A stretch of DNA of 64,000 nucleotides, taken from Eledone cirrhosa. Its lineage: Eukaryota. The stretch's first letter is position 1. Each line of letters starts with the position of its first letter. The notes under the pieces were generated by a model that was not told where the DNA came from, searched no databases, and saw only the letters and a list, made by a program, of their open reading frames with translations. Made by a program: the position numbers and the translations under genes. Shown piece after piece: positions 40,152-54,714 of this stretch. The DNA lies in assembly GCA_964016885.1 (NCBI GenBank), contig OZ024742.1, positions 248,248,001-248,312,000 on the forward strand, given 5' to 3'.

Positions 40152-41565
40152 GGGCCAGTAAGTGTGGAGTCATTGTGATGAGGAGGGGTAGGTTGAGCAG
40201 AAGTAACGGAATCGAGATACCAACAGGTGAGATGATAAAGGAAATTGACTCTGAGGAAGGATACAAGTATTTGGGCGTTCTGGAGGCTGATGGCATAAAG
40301 AACAAAAAAAATGAAGGAATTGTTAAGAACTGAATACATTCAGAGAGTAAGGAGCGTATTGAAGTCACATCTGAACAGCAGAAATGCCATAAGCGCAGTA
40401 AATTCCCGAGCTGTGTCTATTATTAGGTACAGTGCGGGAATTCTGAGATGGAATGTTGCTGAACAAAAAGAAATGGATAGGAAGACTAGGAAGCTATTGA
40501 CTATCTACAACATGTTCCACAAGAGGAGTGATGTCGATAGACTCTACCTAAGAAGATCTGAGGGTGGAAGAGGTCTTATCAGCATAGAGGACTGTGTTCA
40601 GATGGAGAAAAACAACCTACACAAATACGTGACTGATAGTAAGGAGCCAATGCTCAGAACTGTACTGAAGGAGGGGACAATAGGCCAGGGGATGTCCAAG
40701 GAGGAAATAACATCACGGAGAAAGAGCAGCCTTCAGGAAAAATGCCTTCATAGTACCTTCTTTGAGAAAACTGAATTTAGAGATCTACAGACATGGAACT
40801 GGTTGAGAAGAGGAGACCTTAAAAAGGCTACAGAAGGAATGTTAATGGCTGAGCAGGAGCAGGCCCTCAAAACGAAGTGGTTGAAACACCATATTTACAA
40901 GGAGGAGGCTAGCCCACTGTGCAGGATCTGTGGAGAGAGAGAGGAGACTGTGGCTCACATTGTATCCGAGTGTAAACACCTAGCCCAGACCCACTATAAA
41001 GGCTGGAGACATGATGTGATGGGTAGGGTGATCCACTGGCACCTGTGCAAAGTAAACAATTTACCACATTCTGAGAAATGGTATGAGCATAAGCCAGAGG
41101 CGGTGATGGAGAACGATCAGGTGAAGGTGCTGTGGGATTTTAGGATACAGACGGACAAGAAACTGGAACACAATAGACCTGACCTGGTGGTTGTGGACAA
41201 AGAAAAAGGATCGTGTCTGATTGTGGATGTGGCCTGCCCATTCGACACGGGAGTGCAAGAGAAGGAGAGGGAGAAAATTAACCGATACCACGACTTAAAG
41301 TGGGAGGTAAAAAGGATTTGGAACTGCCATGAAGTCAAAGTGATCCCGATTGTCATAAGCGCACTGGGGACTATCTCCAAAAGTTTCCAGGGATGGTTAA
41401 AGAAAATCGGCACCTTCACGCTTTTTGGAACGCTTCAAAAGGCATGCTTGCTGGGAACAGCAAGAACCCTCCGATACGTCCTGAATATCTGAGGCTGCAG
41501 GTAGTGGCTTGATATTCATTCCAACGGACTTTCCAGTTAACTAACATCAATGACTGAGATTCAAG

Positions 41566-41625
<60 letters not shown>
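40152..41625 (+). mobile_element. 5'-truncated R4/Dong-like non-LTR retrotransposon with (TAA)n tail
   Basis: KC...YKYLG RT end (frameshifted at the A-run near 40305), ORF 40311-41492, about 75-nt 3' UTR, (TAA)n 41568-41625. Confidence 0.92.
40311..41492 (+). CDS. C-terminal part of RLE-type LINE ORF (RT thumb, CCHC finger, restriction-like endonuclease); truncated, not a complete gene
   Basis: 393 aa open: GGRGL, CRIC...ETVAHIVSEC, RHD, LWDF.IQTD...HNRPDL, DVACP, EK...Y.DL, PIVI.ALG. Confidence 0.9.
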   Translation: MKELLRTEYIQRVRSVLKSHLNSRNAISAVNSRAVSIIRYSAGILRWNVAEQKEMDRKTRKLLTIYNMFHKRSDVDRLYLRRSEGGRGLISIEDCVQMEKNNLHKYVTDSKEPMLRTVLKEGTIGQGMSKEEITSRRKSSLQEKCLHSTFFEKTEFRDLQTWNWLRRGDLKKATEGMLMAEQEQALKTKWLKHHIYKEEASPLCRICGEREETVAHIVSECKHLAQTHYKGWRHDVMGRVIHWHLCKVNNLPHSEKWYEHKPEAVMENDQVKVLWDFRIQTDKKLEHNRPDLVVVDKEKGSCLIVDVACPFDTGVQEKEREKINRYHDLKWEVKRIWNCHEVKVIPIVISALGTISKSFQGWLKKIGTFTLFGTLQKACLLGTARTLRYVLNI

Positions 41626-41627
<2 letters not shown>

Positions 41628-42577
41628 CTTTCTTTATTAACCACAAGGGTTTACATAAAGTAGACATTAAGGACAGTACAGGACAATACAGGACGGTACA
41701 AATGGGCATTTCTGCGTGTAAAAAAAACAGAGGATGTAATAAAAACATAACAATGAAAAATTCCCCAATAGGGGGGGAGACTTCCGGGGGAAATTTGTCG
41801 GAGAAAGCCCATTAAAAGGCCACAGTGATCCTGACCACCAGGGCAAGTGCCCTCTCCTAGTTTTCCACCTTTAATTTAAATACACATACTCAGAATAGGC
41901 TCATTCACTGGGGCCATTCTTGTTTCTCTCACCGATCTTTCAACAAAATGCTAGGAGGAGAGCACTTCCCTCTCTACCCTGATTTTCCTTTTCAAATGAA
42001 ATTTGAAAAAAATTAATCAGGGCATCACCGAAGAGGTAAGTGCTCGTCTTCAGCCCTTTCAAACGTGTCCACCATACTATCTCTTTCACCATGGCCACCA
42101 GACAGATAAAAAGAGCCTGACCTTCCCGGCTAAAGGAAATAGGGCGGGACAATCCTCACGATGGATTCAGCTAATAGCTGGATCCGTCATACACGTGACA
42201 GTATGTGTTCGACATAAACCCAGAAGTCAGCAATGCTCGGACACTAGACGAGTGCGTGCAGGACGGTTTCGTTGCCCTGCGCGCATCTCGGACATGCCCG
42301 GCTGACGGCACCTCCATGCCTGTAGAGTTTATCCCGAGCTGGCAAAGCTCCTCGGTAGCACTGCCAGGCCAGGGATTTCTGGAAGTTGGCCATAGGCCCC
42401 GGCTTGAAAGTCCTTCCGAAGAAATTGGCTTGTTGATTTTCGTCGACGCCTAAAGTTTCCCCAACTACGTCGTCGCTGTTCCCCTCCACTAATCCTCTAT
42501 AGAACGCCAAGGTGGAGTTTCTACCGATCACATTGCCCGACTGGTCGAGGGCAGTGAGCGCCTGAAGACATTCCAGT
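41626..42577 (-). mobile_element. 3' end of an L1/Tx1-clade LINE with AATAAA and (ATT)n tail
   Basis: LAWQCYRGALP.RDKL...CPRC...ETVLHAL (zf-RVT-like C-terminus); other copies at 40058-40158 and 44738-45290. Confidence 0.85.
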
Positions 42578-42589
42578 AGTAATAATAAT

Positions 42590-42995
42590 AATAGAACATA
42601 ACAGGCCTGACCTAGTGGTTTTTGACAAGGAAAAAATATCGTGCCTGATTGTAAATATAGCCTGCCTATTTGACACGAGAGTGCAAGAGAAGGAGAGGGA
42701 GGAAAATTAACTGATGCCAGGATTTAAAATGGGAGTTTAAAAGGATGTGGAACTGCCATGAGATCAAGGTCGTTCCGATTGTCATAGGAACACTAGGTAC
42801 TATCTCAAGGAGTTTCCAATGATGGTTAAAGAAGATTAGTCCAGCCCCGTTTTTTGGAACACTTCAAAATGCATGCGTGCTGGGAACAGCAAGATCCCTC
42901 CATACGTCCTGAATATCTGAGGCTGCAGGTAGCGGCTTGATATTCATTCCAACAAACTTTCCAGTTAAATAACATCAATGGCTGAGACTCAAAGA
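42590..42995 (+). mobile_element. Second R4/Dong-like 3' fragment
   Basis: Diverged copy of 41166-41567 including the 3' UTR; followed by (CAA)n(TAA)n. Confidence 0.88.
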
Positions 42996-43045
42996 ACAAC
43001 AACAACAGCAACAACTACAACAACAACAACAACAACAATAATTAA

Positions 43046-43112
<67 letters not shown>

Positions 43113-43132
43113 GTAGTAGTAGTAGTAGTAAT

Positions 43133-43341
43133 AATATTTTCTTATACTGGCACAAGGCCAGCAATTTTGGGAGGGGAAAATCGACCCCAGTGCGTGACTG
43201 GTACTTTATTTTATCGACCCCGTAAGGATGAAAGGCAAAGTTAACCTCGGCGAGATTTGAACTCATAACTTAAAGGACCATAACTCGATGCTAAAATGTA
43301 TGGTGCCTGACGCACTACCAATACTGCCAATCCACCGCCCA
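43133..43341 (-). mobile_element. SINE within a (TAA)n tract
   Basis: Main SINE family motifs. Confidence 0.88.
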
Positions 43342-43747
43342 ATAATAATAATACTACTACTACTAATAATAATAATAATATATCTTCTAAATAAACTCTC
43401 CAAATATAAAGATCTACAGATTGAAATAACTCGAATGTGGAAAATGTAAACAGAAACAATACATATAATAATAAGTGATCTAGGAATGATGAAAAACCCA
43501 GGGACAATATCAGCAAAAACTTCACTGCTTATATTCAAGGCACACAGAGCTGTGCTTGGTAGAGCAGTATTGATGCGCAGTAACTATAATAAGGGAAATC
43601 ATAATAATAAAATTAATAATAATAGTAATATGGAGAAACCCACAAAAAGCCATGGTAACCATGACAGCTTGGGTAATTGCTCTCTCTCAGATTTTCTGTT
43701 CCAATTTACTGGCGCATACACAGAGAAACTGATCCACTCGGACATAA

Positions 43748-43915
43748 TAATAATTGTTTCTATTTTAGGCACAAGGCCAGCAATTACCCAGTACATTACT
43801 GGTACATTATGTTATCGACATCGTAAGGATGAAAGACAAAGTTATCCTCGGTGGGATTTGAACTCAGTTCATAAAGGGAGGTAACTCTATGCTTCAAAGC
43901 ATGATGTCTGACTCT
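43748..43915 (-). mobile_element. SINE with probable TSD
   Basis: Main family; ctcggacataataataat occurs on both sides (43737-43754, 43914-43931). Confidence 0.85.
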
Positions 43916-43929
43916 CGGACATAATAATA

Positions 43930-44485
43930 ATACCGACTGTAAACACATGGCTAACCCTGATATCATAGGAAAAGATATCAACTGGTATTTATTCATACTA
44001 AAGAATTTACACCACTTTGAGAAGTCGTTTGAGCATAAGCAAGATTCATTGATAGAAATCGGTCGGGTGAAATTTGTGTGGGATTTCAGGATGCAAATAA
44101 TAGAATTAAAACATAATAGCCCTGAACTGGTGAATTTTGACAAGGACAATAGATGTAGCATGCTGCTTTGACACAAGATTATGCGTAAAGGAGAATGAGA
44201 AATTTAACCGGTACCAGGATCTTATTTCAGAATTGAAAATAATTTGGGACTGTCACATAATCAAGGTCGATCCCTTCATGGAAGTTACTGCTTCGAAGCA
44301 TTTCCAAAACAGGCTAAAGAATATTAGCACAGTCCCCTTTTTAAGAACACTTCAAAAAGCACGCGTATTGGGAACAGCAAAGACCAATACCTCATGAATA
44401 TCTGAGGCTACTGAAAGCAGCTTGATATTTATTTGAGCAAATTTTCCAGTTAAATAGACTGAGATATCAGAGACTGAGATATCAA
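43930..44485 (+). mobile_element. Third, older R4/Dong-like 3' fragment
   Basis: VKFVWDFRMQ, HNSPEL, DVACCFD, EKFNRYQDL, LQKARVLGTAK; decayed 3' UTR. Confidence 0.85.
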
Positions 44486-44489
44486 ATTC

Positions 44490-44527
<38 letters not shown>

Positions 44528-44545
44528 ATTAATGATAATGATAAT

Positions 44546-44730
44546 AATAATTGTTTCTACTTTTGACACAAGGCCAGCAATTATCCAGTACATTACTGGT
44601 ACTTTATTTTATCGACCCCGTAAGGATGAAAGGCAAAGTTAACCTTGGCGGGATTTGAACTCAGATCATAAAGGGACGTAATTATATGCTTCAAAGCATA
44701 GCGTCCGACTCTCTACCAATACTGCCAATA
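44546..44730 (-). mobile_element. SINE (main family)
   Basis: Matches 3231-3420. Confidence 0.9.
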
Positions 44731-44737
44731 TATTAAT

Positions 44738-45290
44738 AATTTCTTTATTAGCCACACAGGACTCACATTAAGGAAACATTAATGACAGTATAGGACGATA
44801 CAGTGAGGGCTTTTTGTGTAAAATAAAATTTAAAACAGCGACTAAGAAAATAAATATTTGTAACAAACATAACAAATTACCCAAAGGTAATTACTCTAAG
44901 GGTAACTCGTGTAGAAATCCTGCTAATCTCAAGGTAAACTTGTCTGCTAGGGCCAAGTGCCCTCTCCCAGATTTTCTTCTCATATCTACTGGCGTATACT
45001 CAAGACATGCCCATTCAAATGGACCATGTTATCCAGTCTCACCCACCTTTCGACAAACTGGTTGAAAAGTAACACTTTCCTCTATATCCTGATTTTCCTC
45101 TACAAGTGAAACGAGAAAACGTTAACTAGTGCTTCGCCGAAGAGGAAAATTGCTGTCTTCAACCCTTTTAAAAGCGTCCATCACATGACCTCTTTCGCCA
45201 TGGCCACCAAGCAGATAAACACTGCCTGTCCATCCTCTATAAAGGAGGATAGCGGGGTGACCTTTACAATGAACTCAGTTGATAGTTACG
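44738..45290 (-). mobile_element. Older L1/Tx1-like 3' fragment
   Basis: Diverged homolog of 41626-42180. Confidence 0.8.
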
Positions 45291-47059
45291 ATGCTGTCCG
45301 TAACTAGGAAATATATCTCAAAACATTGATAACAGAAAGGCTAATTTTCCTCGAAAACGAATAAGAATATGCTAGACAAAACCAACGAACCCTACGAAAA
45401 ATATATTTTATGTATGGCAGGTATCTATCATAAACATTCCTTTGTTAAGTTAGAAAACGCGTGCAAATGGTGCAATCAATTGAAAACCAGCGACAACATT
45501 ATATAAGAACACCAAACATTAATGGATCTCACTATATACAAGAAATGTATCTCGCAAAGATAAAGATCCAAGGTTAAATGGTAATAATTATGAAACATAC
45601 CAACTGGATTATTATAAACATAACACGAACATTGACATGCACAATATCATAAACTTCTGATTGAAATACTTTACTGGAAAACATGGTGTGCATGCAGAAA
45701 TGCTTAATGAGATGCTAATGGAGCCAGAAATATCACGTGGCTAGTTCACTAAAGAGAAAACCATCCTGATCCCAAAGAATATTGAAACAGTATACCACCA
45801 ACATTCTGGGTACAAAACGTGCCAGTATTTTAGTGAAATAATATCGCTTAAACTAACCAAGCACATTAAAAAACAAAACTGTTATCCAAGCAACAGCCTG
45901 CCCTGCCTGTCTCCCTTTGAAAATGTTTATTACCATTTTTATCTATCATTAACTAGTCCCGGTAACTCTACTACCTGTTCTACACCATCTTTGATCTGAC
46001 GTTAGTAAGTCTGATATTCGAAATGTTTATATAGCTCCTCAGGTATTTTTGCAATCAACAACTTACACATAATTTGACACTATCACATCATCATCAGTGA
46101 TCCCCAGTCACAGAAGCATTCAGTTGGTTGTTATCCCGTTGAATTACAAAATTACTCGGCTCTGGAAGCTGTACAAAGCAATACATTATACCAATCCCTC
46201 CAATAATAGGTGGTCTAGAAATAAAATACATACACAGACGCACTCATAGGTATATAACCTGAAACCGATGACTTACATGTATATGAAACTTGCAAAAAAT
46301 AGCACTACAAGACACCGACCATGTATTACAAAGATTCCCTTCAATCCATAGAAGCAACACCAAAATCAACTCTGTTTATACCCAAAACACAGAGCCGTTC
46401 TGTGTAATGTTGTGATTACTTACACTGAAAATAAGATAAATGATAATACAGATTAAGCAGATTAGTGTTCGTTGTTGACAATGATCAAGGATAATCATAT
46501 TACAATCATATTGTTCAGGTGAACGATACTTCAAAATCTAAATGTTTCTTCCCATGTTTTTAGAGCTGACAGCTTTCCCTCTTCTCAGACATAGATGCAT
46601 ATGGATGAGATATACGTATTGAATGTGGATATACATAGTATATAGAGAATATTGTCAAAGAATATTCATCTAAGTCATAGACAATATAATGATTAGAGTC
46701 GGTGACCGATGGCAACGTTTATAATATATATAACCGCCTGTATAATTATATATTCATGCATAGGTCCTCAGCAACTGATTGGATCATAGAAGCACCGCTG
46801 TGACATGATATGCATCTTAGACATTTATCTCTGGCGGTGTCCATCCTGCTCCAGATTTAAACCCAGAGAGCGTGATAAGCAGAGATGCAGCGGTAAAATC
46901 GTCCCTAGAGCTGGAACGATATTTAATGCTTCGATCTCAGAATGATCGAAGGCAAAGTATTATGTCAGCGCACAGAGAGCGGGAATGAATAACGTAAGTA
47001 ATTCTATCCGACGTTCTAAATCCCTAACACGCACTCGACAGATTTAGGGATATCATTAT

Positions 47060-47240
47060 TTGCAGTATCGGTGGAGGGTCGGACGCCATGCTTTCCAGCA
47101 TAGTTACGTCCCTTTACGATCTCAGTTCAAATCCCGCCGAGGTTGACTTTGCCTTTCATCCTTACGGGGTCGATAAAATAAAGTACCAGTAACCTACTGG
47201 GTATTTGCTGGCCTTGTGCCAAATGTAGAAACAATTATTT
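47060..47240 (+). mobile_element. SINE (main family)
   Basis: Close reverse complement of 3231-3420; ATTATTT on both sides. Confidence 0.9.
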
Positions 47241-47794
47241 CAATATCGAAACTACTACAAATATATTCTTCAGATCCGTGTATTTCAGATTTGATAGAAT
47301 CAGATATATTGGGGTATGATATCATTCCTAAATTATTATCAAATTTATTTCATCAGGGAAATATTTTCATATAATTAATATTGAGTCATTAAGAATTTTG
47401 AATTGGATTTTTATCCTCTTACAAAGATTTGACAATTTCTGACACCCACTTAAGTTTAGTAACATAATGGTTTCTTTTTTGTTTCTTTGTCCTTAAATTT
47501 CATCATTTATTTGCTTATTATAAATCTACCCAACGCCGTCCATTTGTTCATTTATTCTCAACTAAAATACAGAAATTGCTTTCTTTCCAGCATATTATAT
47601 ATATGCTAAAACATACTTATATATGGCGATTGGGAGGGAATGTGAGTGTGCATGTGCGTAAGCTGCCGACTACCTTGAAATGTCACAAAATGTCAAACCT
47701 CCACATATCATTTCACCGCAATTCGTATTTATCAACATTATTAACGAATGTATTGAAGTCATTTATTACTATAGAGCGCATTTCTTTAAGAGTG

Positions 47795-47966
<172 letters not shown>

Positions 47967-47997
47967 CATGTATGCATATATATATATATACACACAT

Positions 47998-48029
<32 letters not shown>

Positions 48030-48366
48030 TCACCAGAAAAAAGTAGCGGAAACGAGATGTTCGCATATTCGCCAGATATTATGATAAGGAAACTCCTGTC
48101 CACGGTTGACAAAATGCTGAGAAATCAATAGAATATGCAACGCGTGATAATATAATATATATAATAAACAGTAATATATCAACAGACTTTAAAAAATTAC
48201 TAGTACATAACTGTGGAATTAAAATCCATAAATATGTTTCATATAATGCATGCTTCAAAGCATGATCGCTATATAGCTATATATATTTGTATACACATAT
48301 AGGTGCAATGTATAAATATGATACAAATATATACTGCTGCGTGATTTTTGGTTCTTGGCTGTATTT

Positions 48367-48430
<64 letters not shown>

Positions 48431-48471
48431 TACATATATATATATATATATATATACATATACATGTATAT

Positions 48472-48521
<50 letters not shown>

Positions 48522-48879
48522 GAGATATAAGTGAGATCAGATTATTTGATTATACAACTGTACTGGCTGATATATATTCAAGGCTCGAATGCGAGTTTAT
48601 TAACTACAGTATTATTAAACTCTTTCACTCTATCATGAACCGTGTGATTTCTTATATTATGGTCATAAAAATTTAAATCACGCTAAATATATTATTAACT
48701 CTATTGTATATAATATATCAGGTAAAACTTCTAGACTTCGTCCAATAAAGATATGTCCACTCAAAATCCTATATCTTGTTGTGAAATTTTTGCTATAACC
48801 ATAAAATATGATTCAACCCTACATCTAAATTAGCTAATAATAAGATTTGTACACATAAATGTATTTTGAATCCTAATTA

Positions 48880-49260
48880 TAATAATTGTTTCTACTTTTG
48901 GCATAAGGCCAGCAAATACCCAGTGTATTACTGGTACTTTATTTTATCGACTCCGTACGGATTTAAGGCAAAGTTAACCTCGGCAGGATTTGAACTCAGA
49001 ATGGCAAGGGCCGTAACTATGCGTCAAAGCATGGCGTCCGACTCTCTACCGATACTGCCAATCGCGCTACCGATAGTATAATAATTGTTTCTACTTTTGG
49101 CACAAGGCCAGCAATTAATCCAGTACATTACTGGTACTTTATTTTTATCGACCCGTAAGGATGAAAGGCAAAATTAACCTCGGCCGGATTTGAACTAAGA
49201 TCGTAAAGGGATGTAACTATGCTGGAAAGCATGTCCGACCCTCTACCGAGACTGCCAATT
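48880..49260 (-). mobile_element. Two tandem SINE copies (48880-49062, 49080-49260)
   Basis: Both match the main family; they differ in subfamily (atggcaagggccgtaac vs tcgtaaagggatgtaac). Confidence 0.9.
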
Positions 49261-50720
49261 CACCAGGGAACTTAAACCTAATGAGAATAATAAAACTGGA
49301 ACAAATAAAAGTAATGTTATTAATCCAAAATTTAATATTTTATTAAGACCATTAATAATACTCATCCACTATTGTCTCACAATTAAAAACTCATTAAATC
49401 AATTAAGTAATAGAAATATGAAGAGAAGGAGATCATATATATGTTTTAATCTTCCATACTGAATTCAAATAGTGTCCCGTATAAATAAAATATATTTTCA
49501 CATTTTAGAAACACAATTTTACCGAAGGACATACATAATTTAGGATAAAAAATAAAATTTTGAATTATCGTTCTCCAGCAAACTTAATTTGGTAAAATAT
49601 TTAGCTATAAATAACAATATACTTATATACACCGGAATAAAATAATTCCCGCACAGAACCAGCTGGAAGTCGTAGATAATGAGAACAACAATAGTAGTCA
49701 CAATATATAGACAATAAAGAATATAGTAATGGAGTTAATGATAGTTATTGTAAACAATCGAATAATAAATTTCCTTTACCGTACCAGGGTAATATCTAAA
49801 ACATTCGTCATACAAAACACTGGTAGCGCATATACACTCCTTTAACATTGAACAATTAAGTAATTCTTTAGCTACAATTATTTGGTCTCTAACATAATGT
49901 TTATCACATTTTGAGATGGAATATTATTAATTCAGGAGAATTCTATATAGAGGGAAAAACTAAATGTAATTTGTTTGACTGAGACATATGAAATAGTAAC
50001 TTCTAAGAAAATTCTCCTGAACTCTAGAAATGAAAATATTCCTTCATGTTCACATAGAACGTTTCACTCTTTCTTTTATGAAATGGAATCTGATTAATTT
50101 TAACCTTTACTTTTACCTTTACATTCTGATTCTGTATTTCCTTTCTATTCCTATTACTGTACTTATAAGGCCTCTCTTTGGTATTGTTCGCCCTACCTAT
50201 TGATTGTACTATACTAGAGCATTTATTATTATTCCGATCTTAAATGTATGTATTCATTTGTGTATGCAATTGTGTATGTGAGTTTATGCGGGTATATATG
50301 TGCGATATGAGTATGTTTGTATGTGTATGCTTGTATGTAGAGCCATACATATGTAAAACAACTTAGGTAATATACATCTTATTTACATGTTATTACCCTA
50401 TTAACATAATTGGATATACGTATGTGCGTCTAAACATGCTTTTACATGCACATATGCATACACAGTGGACACACAGAGAAGCGTGTATGTGTTCGTCTGT
50501 GTTGGCACACAAGTGTGTGTGGCTGTGTCTGTGTGTGTTTGAGTGTGTGTGCACAGGTACACAATATTAGAAAATAGTCGTGACTCTAGGTTAAAAGTTC
50601 TTGAGAATTATATATCATCCTACTGATTGAAATATTACTAATATAAGCTTACATAATTTCCTTAATATACTGTATAGTTAAAATTAAAATTGCTCGTAAC
50701 TAATTTATAAATGTTGTGGA

Positions 50721-50872
50721 AATAATTGTTTCTACTTTTGGCACAAGGCCAGCAATTACCCAGTGTATTACTGGTACTTTATTTTATCGACCCCGTAAGG
50801 ATGAAAGGCAAAGTTAACCTCGGCGGGATTTGAACTCAGAATGGCAAGGGCCGTAACTCTATGCGTCAAAGC
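50721..50872 (-). mobile_element. 5'-truncated SINE
   Basis: Main family motifs. Confidence 0.88.
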
Positions 50873-51279
50873 AGTGGAAATAATAAGCCCTAATTTCCCT
50901 CCTGTAATATTTTTTCTAGACAAAATACCAGTATTAAATATGACAGTCAAACTGACCAGAACATAGTATAAAAAGTGCAAAGCATTTTAATTAGTGTGTC
51001 TAATATTTTACAACCATATGTAAAGCTCGTTTATTTTTTTCGAATTTTTTCTTGTTCTCAGTTATCGATATGGAGCTGGTAAAAAAAAAAAATGTTTATA
51101 TTATCTCATGATTCTGATGAATTCCACACAGAGGAATAGAATCATAACTCCTTCTGTATGTTAAGGAAATACGTGTAAATCAATTAAATAATACGCACAC
51201 ACACATATATACACACACATATATATATATATATATATAAAAATATATATATATGTATGTATATATGTATATATATATG

Positions 51280-51349
<70 letters not shown>

Positions 51350-51622
51350 AGAGTGTAGGTATACATAAAGCATTCAATGCATCAAATAAGGTATATATTT
51401 GTAATTAGGCAGTTTTTGTGTCTCAGAGGTATTACTATGTAGTTCATGAACACGAGATAATTGAGTAATGTTTTACACGATGGTAAATATATAAGTATAT
51501 TCATAAAGTCAATTATATATATATGTATATATAAATATAAAAATATATATATATATATATATATATACATGCACACATATATGTATATATATATATATAT
51601 ATGCAGAGAGAGAGAGGGGGGG

Positions 51623-51659
<37 letters not shown>

Positions 51660-52146
51660 TTTATACATATGGATGTTTGTATGAGTGCTTGCCTACATTC
51701 AAACATTAGATATTAAATTTTCTCTGACGCAATTTAAGAATTCCATATGTTTGATTAGATAGAATATATAACAATTTATATATATTTTTTAATGAATTAC
51801 AAATCAAAAAGAAAGTAGTAAATATATCTAACATGCAATCAAACATCCCTCTACATGCATATATACATACGCGTATATACGTGGATCCATTTTTGTATTT
51901 CGATTTCCGGTTTATTTGTAATATCGAAGCTAGATACATATGGAACTATATGCAAGGAAGCACCTTAGAGCTGCCTGAACACTGCAAAACTATGTAGAAA
52001 GCAACGAAGAGAGATCGGGTTTATTGAAAGATATTCTTTTAAAATTAATCAAATTAAAAGATTTCGAGCGAATCATTATCGATATTAAAATATACCAATA
52101 TAGGTAAGATTACGAAGAAATAAATGAGAAATAATACGTAAAATAA

Positions 52147-52179
<33 letters not shown>

Positions 52180-52868
52180 CCCAAAAAATAGGAATACGGA
52201 TATAAAACAACAATTTTAAGATTTATTCGAAAATTTTCAAATCTCTTAACTTGCTTGAAATGATTAAACTGGAATTAAAATTTCCATTTTTTTTTCTTAT
52301 ATGTAAGCTTGAATCAAGTGTTCTCGTTTTGTCTTGTTTGTGTTGTTCGTGTGTATCCTTGTTAGTTGTTGAAGTTTATTTCATTTTATCTTGTTTTACA
52401 AAATATCGCCAAATATCAGAATTAGATACAATGTGGCGGAGTCATTCATATATATTGATATATGAAATGTGAAATGTTGATGTGTGCATGTTTGTGTGTA
52501 TGTCCTTGTGTCTTGATCGTGCGGGTGTTCCTCTACGCGTACATATATCCATGTATAAATAAATATATATATATATACACACACATATATATAGATATAT
52601 ACATATACATACATAAATATATGTATATATTGAGGGAAATGATTATATACTCTTACATCTATAATACTACCACCATTTCCATATTTCTATATCTATCAAA
52701 GATAGTGACTATCTTCGTGCATATGTTTATTCATAAGAACTTAATGGATATCATCAATAGACACACACACACATGCACACACACACACTCACATATATAT
52801 ATATATGTGAGTGTGTGTCTCTGTATATATATAAATATATAAATACATGCATATATATATATATATAC

Positions 52869-52960
<92 letters not shown>

Positions 52961-52974
52961 GTATGTATATGTAT

Positions 52975-53035
<61 letters not shown>

Positions 53036-53070
53036 TGTGTGTATATATTTATATATATATATATATATAA

Positions 53071-53102
<32 letters not shown>

Positions 53103-53484
53103 TGATATTGATATTTATGTATAAATATATAATACACACACAGTCACTCATACATATGTTGTGTAGAATAACGGAGATAAAAACAATATTTTACATTGAA
53201 ATAAGCGTACACCATACCGGGCAATGCTTGTTTTTCAGCAAACTGGGTACATTTACAAATTACATGCAGTAGAGTCAAGATGTGGGAACAAAGTTACATA
53301 GATTAGCAGGAAGGCAGGTTTACTATGCATGTGCATAGAATAAATCTAAATGTTTACAAATGATGTCGGTTCTCTAATAAATCTATTATATATATTGAAA
53401 ATATTTTGTCTGCCGCCACCGAACGCTCAATCCATCGCATATGAAATAAATATACACCAAATATCTCAATACTTGTCACATCTT

Positions 53485-53525
<41 letters not shown>

Positions 53526-53581
53526 GTGTGTGTGTGTCTCTCTCTCTCTCTCTCTATCTCTAGCTCACTCTCTCTCTCTCT

Positions 53582-53653
<72 letters not shown>

Positions 53654-53805
53654 ATATATATATATATTAATAAAGGACTCTAACATCTTCAACTTCGCAT
53701 TTTCATCTTTATTAATATACACTGTGATCCCTGTTCTTAGGAACTAATATGGCGTTGAGTGCTCGAAGTTAATTGCATCCTTGTTTAGCGAATATATATA
53801 TATAT

Positions 53806-53960
53806 AACGGCGATGAATTAATTTTGCGAGGTTTTTGATATGAAATCGTGTGTCGATATAAAAGACACAGAAGCGAAAACCGAACAAACAGTGAGTGTGT
53901 TCTGTTATTAATTCTGGCAATATTATTACACAAATATGACCCTCCCCAAATATAACAATA
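53806..53960. mobile_element. Minimal two-armed family C insertion
   Basis: 53806-53852 is the inverted distal tail; 53853-53960 is the upstream segment ending gtataacaata-like at (TA)n. Confidence 0.85.
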
Positions 53961-54498
53961 TATATATATATATATAACAATATATATTGGTAAACGGAAT
54001 AGAAAATGCTGACAAATTGTTCACAGTGAAAAATAGTTTAATTAGGAATAAGTTTGAATTAGTAATGGTATTGGTTACTATTCAGTTTCGGTTTTAAGTT
54101 TTACCGGTTGCGCATTTCTAATGCTTTTCAAAAATAATTTTGAGATAGAGCGTCCGTGATGTTTGCTCTGATCTGATTAGTTTTGGGAATTCTACCTGTT
54201 TTTATGTTAAAAAAGTGGCTCCAGTGGTATTAAAATAAGTTTTGCGCCAATTCGTGTTGCAAAAATGATTGTGGTCAAAACAATTTTGATTGGTCGGTGG
54301 AGGTCATGTGAATGTAAACAATTGATTTGGCGCCAAATGTAGGTTTGTGTCGGCTGACTGAGAGATACGTCTTTCACAACAAATATGTGTGTGTGTGTGT
54401 GTAGTAGTAGTAAAGAGGTTCGTTGTTGTGATAATGGTCAGCAGGGATGTATGTGCGCGAACCGCAGACTGTTGACAGTTCAAATGCCTATTAAGACA

Positions 54499-54537
<39 letters not shown>

Positions 54538-54672
54538 CAGAGTAATTCGTGGTAGAGAGATGGTCAGTAGGAATGTGTCTGTAAGTGTGTGGGGGATATT
54601 TTAACATGTTAAAAGATATTTTTTCAGCTCTTGTCTTATACGGAGAAGTGTGGGTGGGTGTGTGTGTGTGTA

Positions 54673-54714
<42 letters not shown>

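Noticed and set aside
47045-47278. Possible hammerhead split by the SINE at 47060
   Set aside because: Reconstruction needs an extra nucleotide at the cleavage site and the stems are AT-only.
54230-54345. CCAAT/E2F-like motifs suggesting a promoter
   Set aside because: Short motifs with no associated gene or transcript evidence.
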